In this document: piece after piece, positions 9,678 through 18,997 of the stretch
How the letters are laid out: every line of letters begins with the position of its first letter
Numbering within the stretch: the first letter of the stretch is position 1
Assembly (NCBI GenBank): GCA_050734425.1
Contig: JBOHUL010000083.1
Span: forward strand, 6,934 to 70,933
DNA from: Candidatus Dormibacteria bacterium
GTDB lineage: Bacteria; Chloroflexota; Dormibacteria; Aeolococcales; Bog-877
Direction of reading: 5' to 3'
Length of the DNA: 64,000 bases
Program-made: the position numbers and the translations under genes
The notes under the pieces: model-generated
Databases searched by the model: none
Seen by the model: the letters and a program-made list of their open reading frames with translations, nothing else
What the model was told of the DNA's origin: nothing

Positions 9678-10375
9678 TGGGGCTCCGGGTCCTCCGGTGG
9701 CTGTTGGGGTCGCCGCCGGCCCCGGCCCCTCGGGGCCCCGGGCCCCCCTTCGACCCGTCCCAGAAGTCCCGAGCCCGGCCGCTTCAAACGGCCCAGCATC
9801 CCCTCCCGGTTGCGGCGGGCCTGGATCTCGGCCAGGCGCCGCCGCTGCTGCGCGTTGACCCCGCCCACCGAGGACGTCCGCTCCAGGGGGGGGCGGGTGT
9901 CCCAGTGACGGACGTAGAAGGCGCCCTTGAGGGCGGTGTAAGGGATGGCGCAGACCTTGTGCTCCTGGCTGTTGGCATCGACGATGTCCCAGATCGCGCC
10001 GAAGCGCTGGAGCGAGGCCGGGCTCAGGACGTGGGCCCGGACCACCTGGCCGTCGATGAAGTGAAGCGCGACCCGGGGCGTCTGCTCCAGGTCCAGGTCC
10101 GGGCTCTGGGGATCGACCTTGGCCAGCTCGATCTGGCGCACACCGCTCACCGGCACCAGCGCCTGGCGGGAGTTGCCGTCGAGGGTGTTCAGGTCCAGGT
10201 CGACGAAGGGGTCGTCCATCTGCAGCTGGGGCAGCTCTCCGTAGAGGATCTCCCCATCCAGAAAGGAGACCACCACCTCCGGCACCGGCGCTCCACCTCC
10301 CACTTCGCCAGGGACCTCCGGCGGTCGCCAACGGGTCCCCTGGCCCCCGTCATCGGACCGTCGGGCCGGTGTCAC
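9674..10375 (-). CDS. Hypothetical protein with two internal beta-rich repeats and a basic C-terminus
   Basis: GTG start. The protein repeats two segments (VVVSFLDGEILYGELPQL and VALHFIDGQVVRAHVLSP). Its stop overlaps the epimerase start by 4 nt. Confidence 0.5.
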   Translation of the reverse strand: MTPARRSDDGGQGTRWRPPEVPGEVGGGAPVPEVVVSFLDGEILYGELPQLQMDDPFVDLDLNTLDGNSRQALVPVSGVRQIELAKVDPQSPDLDLEQTPRVALHFIDGQVVRAHVLSPASLQRFGAIWDIVDANSQEHKVCAIPYTALKGAFYVRHWDTRPPLERTSSVGGVNAQQRRRLAEIQARRNREGMLGRLKRPGSGLLGRVEGGPGAPRGRGRRRPQQPPEDPEPQ

Positions 10376-10543
10376 CCCTTCGCTACCCGCCCGGCCCCAG
10401 GTATCCGATCTGGGCGACTACGGTGGGAGACATCATAGGGCCGGTGCCCAAGAGCGGTCCTGGGTTCTCCACTCACCTTCCTACCTGGCCCAGAACGACC
10501 GGGGCGTCGGCACCGCCCGTCCGCTGACAGGTAGGGCACAAGA

Positions 10544-12673
10544 TTGGCCGAGCAACCAGCAGGGCGCCACCTCCCGGGGAGGTCGTTCACCGCCCGCTTC
10601 GCGCTCCTGCTGCTGCTGGTGGGCCTCGCGGCGGCGGTGGTGGTGGGGGTGCTGGCCTGGGTCCAAACCCAGGGGGCGCAGCAGCAGCGGCAGCTCCAGG
10701 CGGGCCAGGGCGGGGCGCGCCTGGCGCAGACCCTGGTGGCGTCCCAGACGACGGCCGTCTCCCAGCGCTTCGCCTGCGAGGTTGCCGCCCTACCTGCCAC
10801 CCGCGCCGCCTACCAGGGAGGCGGGAGCCAGCTCGCCGGCCTGGCCCGGGCGGCGGTTGAGGACGCCCAGCGCGGCCAGGCGCTCCTGCTCCTGGGCCAG
10901 GGCGGGCAGGTGCGGGGCGAATCCGGTGCCCCGGGCTCGGGCGGCCCGGGTCCGCTGCTCCACCTCCCCGTGACCCCGGGCGACTGCGCCGGCACCGCCT
11001 CCTCCGGCGGCTACTTCGCCCTCGCGGGCGGTCACCGGGTGCTGGGGTTGGGCGTGGCCCGGGTGGCGGCGGCCGGGGGCACCCTGGGCTACGTCGAGGT
11101 CCAAACCCCCCTGGCGGAGACCACCCTGGGCTATGTGCGGCGCTTGCTCCGGACCTCCGGGTTGGGGGGCTCGCTGGGGCTTGTGCTAGGGGGGCGCCTG
11201 GCTCTACCGGCGGAGCTCGGGGGAACCGACTTCGCCGCCGGAGCTCGCCTGCCCCCGGCGCTGCTGGCGGCGTCTCGGGACCGGGGCGGTGTGGGCCAGG
11301 CCCAGCTGGGTGGGCGGACGAGGGTCGTGGCCATGAGGAGCCTCCCGGGGCCCAGAGGGGAAGAGGTGGCGGCGCTGCTCTTCCTAGGCCCCGGGCCCGC
11401 CCCCGGAGTGACCGTTGCCGGGCTGGCCTGGCCGCTGGCACTGGCGGTGGCGGGGGTCCTCCTGCTGGGGCTGGTCTTGGTCTTCCTCCTGGTCGAGCGG
11501 AACCTCAACCGGCCGCTGCGGCGGCTGGACTTGGCGGTGCAGCGCCTCGGCGCCGACGCCTACGCCGAGCCGGTGCAGGTGGGGCCGGGGGCGGAGGAGA
11601 TAACCCGGCTCGCCGCCAACGTGGAGCTGGTGCGACGCCAGCTCCGGCGCCAGCTCCTGATGGCCACCGGCCGCACCGTGATCGCCTCGACCCTGACCGG
11701 CAGCGCTCCCGTGGAGCAGGCGCTGTCCCAGGTGCTGCGGAGCCTGGCCGATCTCCTCGACGCCGACCTGGGCCTGATCCTGCTCAGGCCCCAGGCGCAG
11801 AGCCCCAAGGGGCTCGTCCTCAGCGCCCCGGAGCTGGCCTGGGAGCTCTCCTGGGCTGAGGTGGAGTCCGGGTTCGGCCTCCTCGGGGGGCTGGTCCGCG
11901 AGCCCCGCTTTGTGGTGCGCAGCCACCTGGCCCAAGAGGAGCGGCACCAGGTGGAGGAGCGGCTCCGCCTGCGCGACTGTCTGGTGGAGCCGCTGCGCTC
12001 CGGCGACAAGGACCTGGGGTTGCTCCTGGTCGGCAACAAGCGCCAGCCCTACCAGGATGAGGATTACACCCTCTGCCGCAGCGTCGCGGACCAGGTGGTG
12101 GTGGCGGTGGAGAAGAGCGCTCGGCTGGAGCTGACGCTGCGGGAGGCTACCACTGACGAGATGACGGGCCTCTACAACTACCGCTTCCTCGTGGGCTATC
12201 TCGACCAGCAGGTCAACGTCGCCGACCGCGCCCGATCCCCCCTGTCGGTCCTGATGCTGGACCTGGACCACTTCAAAGAGGTCAACGACACCCACGGCCA
12301 CCCCGCCGGCGACCGTCTGTTGCGCCATTTCGCCGCTCTGCTGGTGGAGACCATCCGCAAATCGGACCTGGCCGCCCGCTACGGCGGCGAGGAGTTCGTC
12401 GTGGTCATGGCCAACACCCAGCACGACGACGCGGCGCTGGTGGCGGAGAAGATCCGCCAGGCGGTGGAGCGGATGCGGGTGGGCCTGGAGGACGAGACCA
12501 CGCTCCAGGTCACGGTCAGCGTCGGCGGGGTCACATTCCCCGATGGCTCCAAGGGCGCCCGCAATCTGCTGGACCTGGCGGACAGGGCCCTCTACTCCGC
12601 CAAGCGCAACGGCCGCAACCGGGTGCAGTTCCTGGACTCGGGCCAGCCTCAGAGCGAGGCCCTCGGCGGCTGA
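10544..12673 (+). CDS. Membrane sensor diguanylate cyclase (TM-HAMP-GAF-GGDEF)
   Basis: TTG start. The protein has N-terminal TM segments, a second TM plus HAMP-like linker, a GAF-like middle and a C-terminal GGDEF domain with an intact RYGGEEF active-site motif. Confidence 0.8.
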   Translation: MAEQPAGRHLPGRSFTARFALLLLLVGLAAAVVVGVLAWVQTQGAQQQRQLQAGQGGARLAQTLVASQTTAVSQRFACEVAALPATRAAYQGGGSQLAGLARAAVEDAQRGQALLLLGQGGQVRGESGAPGSGGPGPLLHLPVTPGDCAGTASSGGYFALAGGHRVLGLGVARVAAAGGTLGYVEVQTPLAETTLGYVRRLLRTSGLGGSLGLVLGGRLALPAELGGTDFAAGARLPPALLAASRDRGGVGQAQLGGRTRVVAMRSLPGPRGEEVAALLFLGPGPAPGVTVAGLAWPLALAVAGVLLLGLVLVFLLVERNLNRPLRRLDLAVQRLGADAYAEPVQVGPGAEEITRLAANVELVRRQLRRQLLMATGRTVIASTLTGSAPVEQALSQVLRSLADLLDADLGLILLRPQAQSPKGLVLSAPELAWELSWAEVESGFGLLGGLVREPRFVVRSHLAQEERHQVEERLRLRDCLVEPLRSGDKDLGLLLVGNKRQPYQDEDYTLCRSVADQVVVAVEKSARLELTLREATTDEMTGLYNYRFLVGYLDQQVNVADRARSPLSVLMLDLDHFKEVNDTHGHPAGDRLLRHFAALLVETIRKSDLAARYGGEEFVVVMANTQHDDAALVAEKIRQAVERMRVGLEDETTLQVTVSVGGVTFPDGSKGARNLLDLADRALYSAKRNGRNRVQFLDSGQPQSEALGG

Positions 12674-12696
12674 GGCCGCTCTCGACACCGCCTACG

Positions 12697-13743
12697 ATGG
12701 GTGCCAGGGTGGAGCGACTCATCGACCTCCGCAGCGATACCGTCACCCGGCCCTCGGCGGGGATGCGCCAGGCGATGGCCCGGGCCGAGGTCGGTGACGA
12801 CGTGTTCGGCGAGGATCCCACCGTCAACCAGCTGGAGGAGCGGGTGGCGGAGCTCCTGGGCAAGGAGTCCGCCCTGTTCTGTCCCAGCGGGACCATGGCC
12901 AATCTCATCGCGGTCGTGAGCCCGACCTCGCCCGGGGATGAGGTGCTGGTGGATGGCGAGGCCCACATCCTCCACTACGAGCTGGCGGGATCGGCGGTCA
13001 TCGGAGGCGTGCAACTGCGCAACTTCGACGCGCCCCCCAGCGGTTGTCCCTCGCCGGCGCAACTGCAGCGTCTCAACCGCTTGGGCGACCCCGACCACGA
13101 ACCCAGGACCAGGCTCCTCTGCCTGGAGCAGAGCCACAACCGCCGCGGGGGGACCGTGGCTGCGGTGGAGGAGCTGGAGCGGAGCACCGCGGCCGCTCAC
13201 GCGCTGGGGCTCTCGGTCCACCTCGACGGCGCCCGCCTCGCCAACGCGGCCGCCAGCCTGGGCGTGGCCGTCTGCCGCCTGGCGGAGTCGGCCGACTCGG
13301 TGACCTTCTCACTCTCCAAGGGGCTGGGGTGCCCCGCGGGCAGCCTCTGGGTCGGGCCCAGCGCAGGCAGGGTTCAGGCCCACACCTGGCGCAAGCGCCT
13401 CGGCGGCGGCATGCGCCAGGTGGGGATCCTGGCGGCGGCGGGCCTGTGGGCCCTGGACCACAACCTGGACCGCATCGCAGAGGATCAGCTCAAGGCGCAG
13501 CGGCTGGCGCAGTCACTCCACGACTGCCGCGGGCTGCGCCGTCCGCCCGCCAACGCCGCCACCAACATCGTTCTCCTGGAGACTGAGCAGGAGGCGGAGG
13601 TGGTGGTGGCGGAGGCGGCCCGGCTGGGCGTCCTGACCGTGCCCTTCAGTCAGCACACCGTGCGCTGCGTCACCCACCTCGATGTCAGCGATGCCGACGT
13701 CGCCGAGGCCGGGCGCCGTCTGGGACGAGTGCTCGCCGGCTGA
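12697..13743 (+). CDS. ltaE: Low-specificity L-threonine aldolase
   Basis: [11 protein letters not shown]...CPSGTMANL...SLSKGLG match the threonine aldolase / beta-eliminating lyase fold. Confidence 0.8.
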   Translation: MGARVERLIDLRSDTVTRPSAGMRQAMARAEVGDDVFGEDPTVNQLEERVAELLGKESALFCPSGTMANLIAVVSPTSPGDEVLVDGEAHILHYELAGSAVIGGVQLRNFDAPPSGCPSPAQLQRLNRLGDPDHEPRTRLLCLEQSHNRRGGTVAAVEELERSTAAAHALGLSVHLDGARLANAAASLGVAVCRLAESADSVTFSLSKGLGCPAGSLWVGPSAGRVQAHTWRKRLGGGMRQVGILAAAGLWALDHNLDRIAEDQLKAQRLAQSLHDCRGLRRPPANAATNIVLLETEQEAEVVVAEAARLGVLTVPFSQHTVRCVTHLDVSDADVAEAGRRLGRVLAG

Positions 13744-13766
13744 GGCGGCGGGGCACAAATAAAGAG

Positions 13767-13790
13767 GAGCGGGCTTTGGGCCCGCTCCTC
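13767..13790 (-). terminator. Intrinsic terminator for the minus-strand basic-protein gene
   Basis: A perfect 9-bp stem GGAGCGGGC/GCCCGCTCC with a 5-nt loop. On the minus strand it is followed by TCTTTATTTGTG (a U-tract), and on the plus strand by TCATCAAG. Confidence 0.6.
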
Positions 13791-13817
13791 ATCAAGATGC
13801 GCTGGGTTGCGGTCGAG

Positions 13818-14417
13818 TCAGCTGCCGCTGCTCAAGAGCACCCGACCTCCGCGCCGCCCCGTCCGCCGAGCGGGGGCCGCCGCAGAGGTTTTGGCCGGAG
13901 TGGTGCGGCGGCTGGTCGCCCGCGGCCGCCGGGTCCGCGGGGTTGCGCTGCGACGTGGTGTCGCCGCGGCGGTGCGACCGGTCCGGCGCCGACGTGTCGT
14001 AGTCGTGGTCGCCGGGCTGCGTCCGCGAGAGGTGCTGCGCGCCGCCGTCCGACGCCCGCCGGTGCTCGCGGTGCGACGCCGCACCGTCCGGCTTCCAGGG
14101 CGACGTGCGCTGGTGGTGCTGCTGGCGCGGCCCACGGCCGCGTCCAACTTCTTCTCGATTTCGACCAGGTGCTTCTCCAACGCCTTGAGCTGCGCGGTCA
14201 GCGCCCGCGTCGACGCCGCGCTCGAGGTCGCGGCCGCGGTGCTGCGCCGGGCGGCGGGGCGCCGGGCGGTGGTGCGCCGCACGCTGGTGCGCCTGCTGGC
14301 GGCACTGCGCACGCCAGTTCGCGCGCTGGCGCGCCTGGTGCTGGACCTTCGTGTGGTCCTAGAGGCAGGACGCGCGGCGGTGCGCCTTGTGCCTGTTCTC
14401 CTCGTCGTTCGGGGCAT
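13818..14417 (-). CDS. Highly basic Arg/Thr/Ala/Ser-rich low-complexity protein (199 aa) with one short amphipathic helix
   Basis: Within ORF 13818..14576 the ATG at 14417 is preceded by AGGAGG 10 nt upstream. The product is MPRTTRRTGTRRTAARPASRTTRR... with a single coiled-coil-like stretch, LTAQLKALEKHLVEIEKKLDAAV, and the gene is followed by an intrinsic terminator. Confidence 0.5.
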   Translation of the reverse strand: MPRTTRRTGTRRTAARPASRTTRRSSTRRASARTGVRSAASRRTSVRRTTARRPAARRSTAAATSSAASTRALTAQLKALEKHLVEIEKKLDAAVGRASSTTSARRPGSRTVRRRTASTGGRRTAARSTSRGRSPATTTTTRRRRTGRTAAATPRRSATPRTRRPRATSRRTTPAKTSAAAPARRTGRRGGRVLLSSGS

Positions 14418-14566
14418 CAGCTCTGATCCTCCTGTTGGCTTCGGGGGGAATGGTGTCGAGTGCACCCCGAAGTTCGGACTGTCTTTGGGAGTATTTCCGC
14501 TCGGTTGAGTTGTGACGTGGGCGGTGACTGCGCCAAGTGCGGTGTCGCGGCCGTCGACCGGACCTG

Positions 14567-14581
14567 ATTGTGTCACACAAT
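14567..14581. promoter_or_regulatory. 15-bp perfect palindrome ATTGTGTCACACAAT in the divergent region between the basic-protein gene and gdh
   Basis: Read directly from the sequence. It lies about 80 nt upstream of the gdh ATG. Confidence 0.35.
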
Positions 14582-14660
14582 CGCGGTTTGATGCCGCCGT
14601 GTCAACTAGTTCGGACGAATTGGTTGGGCGTCGGTCGTAGCTGATGGTGATCGGGTCGAG

Positions 14661-15971
14661 ATGCCAACCAGGTCACGGGGCGAGCCATATACTTCTCCTG
14701 TGACCGTCGCCGCGTCGACCTCGGGCAACGAAGACCTCTACACCACAGCACAGCATCGGGTCGACCAGGCGGCGGAGTTGCTCCATCTCGACGACGAGGC
14801 GCGCTTGGTCCTCCGTGAAGTCAAGCGCGTCTTTCAGGTCCACTTCCCCGTTGTGGCCGACGATGGCTCGGTAGAGGTCTTCGTCGGTAACCGGGTGCAC
14901 CACAGCATCGCCCTGGGCCCGGCCAAGGGAGGTGTTCGCTACGAGGCCGAGGCGACTCTGGATCAGACCAAGGCGCTGGCCATGTCCATGTCCTGGAAGA
15001 GTGCACTGATGTCACTTCCGTTCGGTGGAGCCGCCGGCGCCGTGTGCGTCGATCCGCATCGCATGAGTGCACGCGAGCTGGAGCGGCTGACTCGGCGCTA
15101 CACGACCGAAATCAGCCTGCTGCTCGGCCCGGAGCGGGACATCCCTGCGCCGGACATCGGCACGACCCCTCAGATCATGGCCTGGATCATGGACACGCTC
15201 TCGATGCACGCGGGGTACTCGGTGACCGCGTCGGTCACCGGCAAGCCCATCGAGGCGGGGGGGTCGTTCGGACGGGTGGAGGCCGCGGGCCGGGGCATGG
15301 CGACGATCCTGGTGCATGCTCTGCGCAACACCGGTCTCAGCCTGAACGGTGCGACAGTAGCGGTCGAGGGGTACGGCAAGGTCGGCAGGACCTGTGCCCG
15401 CCTGCTGTCCGAGGCTGGCTGCCGGGTTGTGGCGGTGTCGGACAGCCATGAGGGTTGGCACTGCGACGCCGGTCTGGACCTGCAACGGTTGGAAGAGGCC
15501 AAGGCGCATGGCGGCGGGCTGACCGATGCCCACGTCCCCGGTGAGCGGATCACCCGGGACGAGCTTCTGTCGCTCCCGGTTACTGTTCTGGTCCCGGCGT
15601 CGGTCGAGTCCACGATCAACAGTGCCAACGCCTCCAAGGTGCGGGCCCGCATCGTCGCCGAGGGTGCCAACAGCCCGATCACGCCGGCGGCCGAGGCGGC
15701 GCTGGCGGAGGATGGCATCGTCATCGTGCCCGACATCCTCGCCAATGCCGGCGGGGTGACAGTCTCCTACTTCGAGTGGGTGCAGGACCTGCAGTCGTTC
15801 TTCTGGGACGAGAACGAAATCAACTCACAGCTGCAGCAGGCCATGCTCCGAGCCAGCGAGCAGGTGTGGGCCTACCACGGCCAGAAGAAGGTGTCGCTGC
15901 GCCAGGCCGCCTACCTGATCGCGGTGGGGCGGGTGGCGCGGGCGTCCAAGGTCAGGGGTATCTACCCCTGA
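14661..15971 (+). CDS. gdhA: Glutamate dehydrogenase (Glu/Leu/Phe/Val dehydrogenase family)
   Basis: The 436-aa product has GPAKGGVRY, a catalytic Lys region and the NAD-binding VEGYGKVG motif. Confidence 0.85.
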   Translation: MPTRSRGEPYTSPVTVAASTSGNEDLYTTAQHRVDQAAELLHLDDEARLVLREVKRVFQVHFPVVADDGSVEVFVGNRVHHSIALGPAKGGVRYEAEATLDQTKALAMSMSWKSALMSLPFGGAAGAVCVDPHRMSARELERLTRRYTTEISLLLGPERDIPAPDIGTTPQIMAWIMDTLSMHAGYSVTASVTGKPIEAGGSFGRVEAAGRGMATILVHALRNTGLSLNGATVAVEGYGKVGRTCARLLSEAGCRVVAVSDSHEGWHCDAGLDLQRLEEAKAHGGGLTDAHVPGERITRDELLSLPVTVLVPASVESTINSANASKVRARIVAEGANSPITPAAEAALAEDGIVIVPDILANAGGVTVSYFEWVQDLQSFFWDENEINSQLQQAMLRASEQVWAYHGQKKVSLRQAAYLIAVGRVARASKVRGIYP

Positions 15972-16739
15972 TCAGTGCGCCAGGCGCAGGTAGGGCACCC
16001 GCTGGCGCCGGGACTCAGTGCGAGGTGGCTGATACTCGAAGCGATAGCCGGCGCCGATGACGGCGTGGAGGTAGCGGGCGCCATCGTGGCGTGGCTGGAT
16101 CTTGCGCCGTAGACGGTACAGGTGGGCGTCGAGGGAGTGGACCCGATAGGGGTCGCGGTTGCGCCAGACCTCGGCGATGAGCTGGGGTCGGGGAACCACG
16201 GCCCCGGCCTGCCGCGCCAGCGTCACCAGGATGCGGAACTCGGTTGGAGTCAGCCCCACCGGGCGGCCGTCCCTGCGGACCTCGTGGCGACCGACGTCGA
16301 TGCTGAGCCCGGGGTAGTGCAGCCGCTCGGTGCCGCCTGCCTCGCGGCTCAAGCGGGCCCGGCGCAGACGGGCGTTGATCCGGGCCACCAGCTCCCGCAC
16401 CTGAAAGGGCTTGCGCAGGTAGTCGTCGGCGCCGACCTCGAGGCCCACCACCACATCCTCGGGTTCGTGCAGGCAGCTGATCATGAGGACGGTTACCTTG
16501 ATTCCTGCAGACCGCAGCCGTCGGCAGACCTCGATGCCGCTCATGTCCGGCAGCACCAGGTCCAGCAGCACCAGGTCGGGGTCGCTCTCCATAGTCAGGC
16601 GTAGGCCTGCCGCGCCGGTGGTCGCGGTCACTACTTGATATCCGTTCTCGGCCGCGATCAGCTCGACCAGGCGCAGCAGCGCGGGGTCGTCGTCAATGAC
16701 GAGAATCTTGGACGCGGCCAGGTCCGGTGAGGCTGTCAC
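15972..16739 (-). CDS. OmpR-family response regulator (REC plus winged-helix)
   Basis: Within ORF 15972..17090 the GTG at 16739 (VTASPDLAASKILVIDDD) is preceded by GGAGGG. The product has a receiver domain followed by a winged helix (LTPTEFRIL...GYRF). Confidence 0.8.
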   Translation of the reverse strand: MTASPDLAASKILVIDDDPALLRLVELIAAENGYQVVTATTGAAGLRLTMESDPDLVLLDLVLPDMSGIEVCRRLRSAGIKVTVLMISCLHEPEDVVVGLEVGADDYLRKPFQVRELVARINARLRRARLSREAGGTERLHYPGLSIDVGRHEVRRDGRPVGLTPTEFRILVTLARQAGAVVPRPQLIAEVWRNRDPYRVHSLDAHLYRLRRKIQPRHDGARYLHAVIGAGYRFEYQPPRTESRRQRVPYLRLAH

Positions 16740-16860
16740 CGACCCCCGCCCTCCATCGGTGGCGGCGCTGGCGAATTGACTCACGCACCGATTGTGTCCG
16801 GGGGAGTCGAAATGCCAAGTTTTGGTATGGGCACGGCTGCGTAACAAGCTGCGCGGCGGA

Positions 16861-16879
16861 TGTGACACCCAAAGGTCAC
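16861..16879. promoter_or_regulatory. Inverted repeat TGTGAC-N8-GTCAC in the divergent regulator/sortase promoter region
   Basis: TGTGACACCCAAAGGTCAC. A related ATTGTGTCC half-site sits at 16791..16799. Both share a core with the gdh-upstream palindrome. Confidence 0.3.
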
Positions 16880-16925
16880 GATCCGAGTTCAGGTAGGATG
16901 GGGCGGGGAAAGCACGGAGCGGGCG

Positions 16926-17597
16926 ATGAAGAGTATTTGGCGCAATCTCGCGGGCGGCAGCCGCAGTCGGCGTGTGGCGACACTGCTGACGGCGGCCGGC
17001 GTTCTGCTGATCGTCGCCGGCCTGGCCGTCTTCATCCCGCCGCTGGTACAGCTGGGGCAGCGCGCCAACGCCGACAGCCAGGCGCTGCACCAGTGGAAGG
17101 ATCCGGGCTCCGCCCTGGCCAACCGCCTGCCCGAGAGCAAGACTGACACCCTTCCCAACTCAACCCCCGGAAGCACCTCTCCCAGCTGCGGCAGCGGCGC
17201 GCCCAGTTCCTCCTACGCCCTCATCGACTTCCCCAGCCTGTCGGGGATCGAGGGCGTCGCCGGCAACGGAACCTGGTCGATGCTCCACGTCCGCTCGGTG
17301 GTCCACTACGCCTCCAGCCCGGGCCCGGGCCAACCGGGCAACGGCATCTACGCCCTCCACCGGGAGCCCAACTTCGAGCCCCTCGGCACCCTCAAGGTCG
17401 GCGACACGATCGTTCTGACCGACCGGGACTGCCAGCAGTTCACCTACGTCATCCGCCAGACGTGGACCGAGTACCCCGCCCAGGTCACCCAGTTGCAGCC
17501 GCTGAGCCAGGGCACCTGGATCACGGTCATCACCTGCACCCCCCTGTGGCTCGACTACCAACGGCTGGTCCTCCGGGCCCAGCTTCAGGCCACCTGA
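16926..17597 (+). CDS. Sortase-family transpeptidase (class E-like)
   Basis: N-terminal TM anchor, a His in LHVRSVVHY, and the catalytic Cys in the TLxTC-like motif WITVITCTP. Confidence 0.65.
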   Translation: MKSIWRNLAGGSRSRRVATLLTAAGVLLIVAGLAVFIPPLVQLGQRANADSQALHQWKDPGSALANRLPESKTDTLPNSTPGSTSPSCGSGAPSSSYALIDFPSLSGIEGVAGNGTWSMLHVRSVVHYASSPGPGQPGNGIYALHREPNFEPLGTLKVGDTIVLTDRDCQQFTYVIRQTWTEYPAQVTQLQPLSQGTWITVITCTPLWLDYQRLVLRAQLQAT

Positions 17598-17639
17598 CCC
17601 GACCGGGCCACTAGATAGCGGGGTCTGGCGCGGAGTCGA

Positions 17640-17660
17640 CCACAACATGCGGCGTTGTGG
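17640..17660 (+). terminator. Hairpin CCACAAC-N7-GTTGTGG downstream of the sortase gene (weak; no U-tract)
   Basis: A 7-bp perfect stem read from the sequence, 43 nt after the sortase stop. Confidence 0.2.
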
Positions 17661-17755
17661 GGGCCTTGACGGGCGGTCGTCTGATATGCTGGCCCTCGGG
17701 TTGGCGAAAGATAACGGTGATCCCCGCGCACCTAGGCCGACCCAGGGAGCCCTGC

Positions 17756-18916
17756 TTGGACGTAGAACTGGGAAGAGGTAAGCGGGCTAGGCGGGCCTAC
17801 GGCTTCGACGAGGTGGCGCTGGTGCCGGGGAAGGTGACGATCAACCCCGAGGAGATCGACATCAGCCTCCGCCTGGGCGATGTGGAGCTGGCCCTCCCCA
17901 TCCTGGCGGCGGCGATGGACGGGGCCGTCGACGCCAACTTCGCCATCGAGATGGGCCGGCTCGGGGGGCTGGCGGTGCTCAACCTGGACGGGATCAACTG
18001 TCGCTACGACGACGTCCAGGCGGTATACGAGCAGGTCGCCGAGGCACCAAGGGAGCGGGTCAACGTCCTGCTCCAGGACCTCTACCGCGAGCCGGTCAAG
18101 GACCAGCTCATCGCCCAGCGGATCGAGGAGGTCAAGCGGGGCGGGGTCCTCTGCGCCGTCTCCAGCACCCCAAACGACGCCGAGCGGCGGCTGGGGATCA
18201 TCGGCGACGCCGGAGCCGACGTCTACTTCATCCAGGGCACGGTCCTGACCGCCCGCCACATCTCCCGTTCCTACCGTCAGCTCGACTTCAACCAGCTGGT
18301 GCGCAACTCCAAGCTGCCGGTGGTGGTGGGCAACTGCGTCGAGTACTACACCGCCCTGGAGCTGATGGGCACCGGGGTGGCGGGGATCCTGGTGGGGGTC
18401 GGCCCGGGCGCCGCCTGCACCACCCGCGGCGTCCTCGGGGTGGGGGTGCCCCAGGTCACCGCCACCGCCGACGTCGCCGCCGCCCGCCACGACCACCGGC
18501 GGGCCGGCGGTCAGCCGGTCACCGTGATCACCGACGGGGGCATGAGGGTCGGGGGCGATGTCACCAAGGCGCTGGCCTCGGGGGCAGACGGGGTCATGAT
18601 CGGTTCCGTGTTCGCCTCGGCCGAGGAGGCCCCCGGTCGGGGCAACCACTGGGGCATGGCCACACCCGACCCCAACCTGCCCCGGGGGACCCGGATCAAG
18701 GTGGGGGTGAAGGCGACCCTGAAGGAGCTGCTGCTGGGGCCGGCCCGGGTCGACGACGGCAGCCAGAACCTGGTCGGGGCGGTCAAGACGGCGATGGGCG
18801 TCTGTGGCGCCCGGACCATCGAGGAGTTCCAGCAGACCGAGCTCGTGATCGCGCCCGCGATCCTCACCGAGGGCAAGCTCTTTCAGCAGGCCCAGCAGGT
18901 GGGGATGGCCCGCTGA
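17756..18916 (+). CDS. guaB3: IMP dehydrogenase family protein GuaB3-like (no CBS insert)
   Basis: Within ORF 17657..18916 the TTG at 17756 (MDVELGRGKRARRAYGFDEVALVPGK) matches the GuaB3 N-terminus. The product is a TIM barrel with GVGPGAACTTR and GGMRVGGDVTKA motifs. Confidence 0.75.
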   Translation: MDVELGRGKRARRAYGFDEVALVPGKVTINPEEIDISLRLGDVELALPILAAAMDGAVDANFAIEMGRLGGLAVLNLDGINCRYDDVQAVYEQVAEAPRERVNVLLQDLYREPVKDQLIAQRIEEVKRGGVLCAVSSTPNDAERRLGIIGDAGADVYFIQGTVLTARHISRSYRQLDFNQLVRNSKLPVVVGNCVEYYTALELMGTGVAGILVGVGPGAACTTRGVLGVGVPQVTATADVAAARHDHRRAGGQPVTVITDGGMRVGGDVTKALASGADGVMIGSVFASAEEAPGRGNHWGMATPDPNLPRGTRIKVGVKATLKELLLGPARVDDGSQNLVGAVKTAMGVCGARTIEEFQQTELVIAPAILTEGKLFQQAQQVGMAR

Positions 18917-18997
18917 GCTGAGCCTGGGGAGGTCGTGACCGCCGCTGCCCTCCCCCTCCAGAACAGGGCGGAGACGGATCCCAGCTCCTCCCCCAGG

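Noticed and set aside
10587-11441. 284-aa Pro/Arg-rich ORF antisense within the GGDEF gene, plus many similar 60-250 aa ORFs throughout
   Set aside because: They are low-complexity shadows of a high-GC coding strand. None has an SD or a family signature.
13807-14508. Plus-strand 233-aa Arg/Val/Ala-rich ORF
   Set aside because: It is the mirror of the minus-strand Arg/Thr-rich gene. The terminator T-tract and the AGGAGG SD favour the minus strand, though this remains the least certain call.
17598-17755. Possible promoter TTGACG...TATGCT upstream of guaB3
   Set aside because: The spacer is only about 13 nt, which is too short for a canonical sigma-70 promoter, so I kept only the hairpin as a weak feature.
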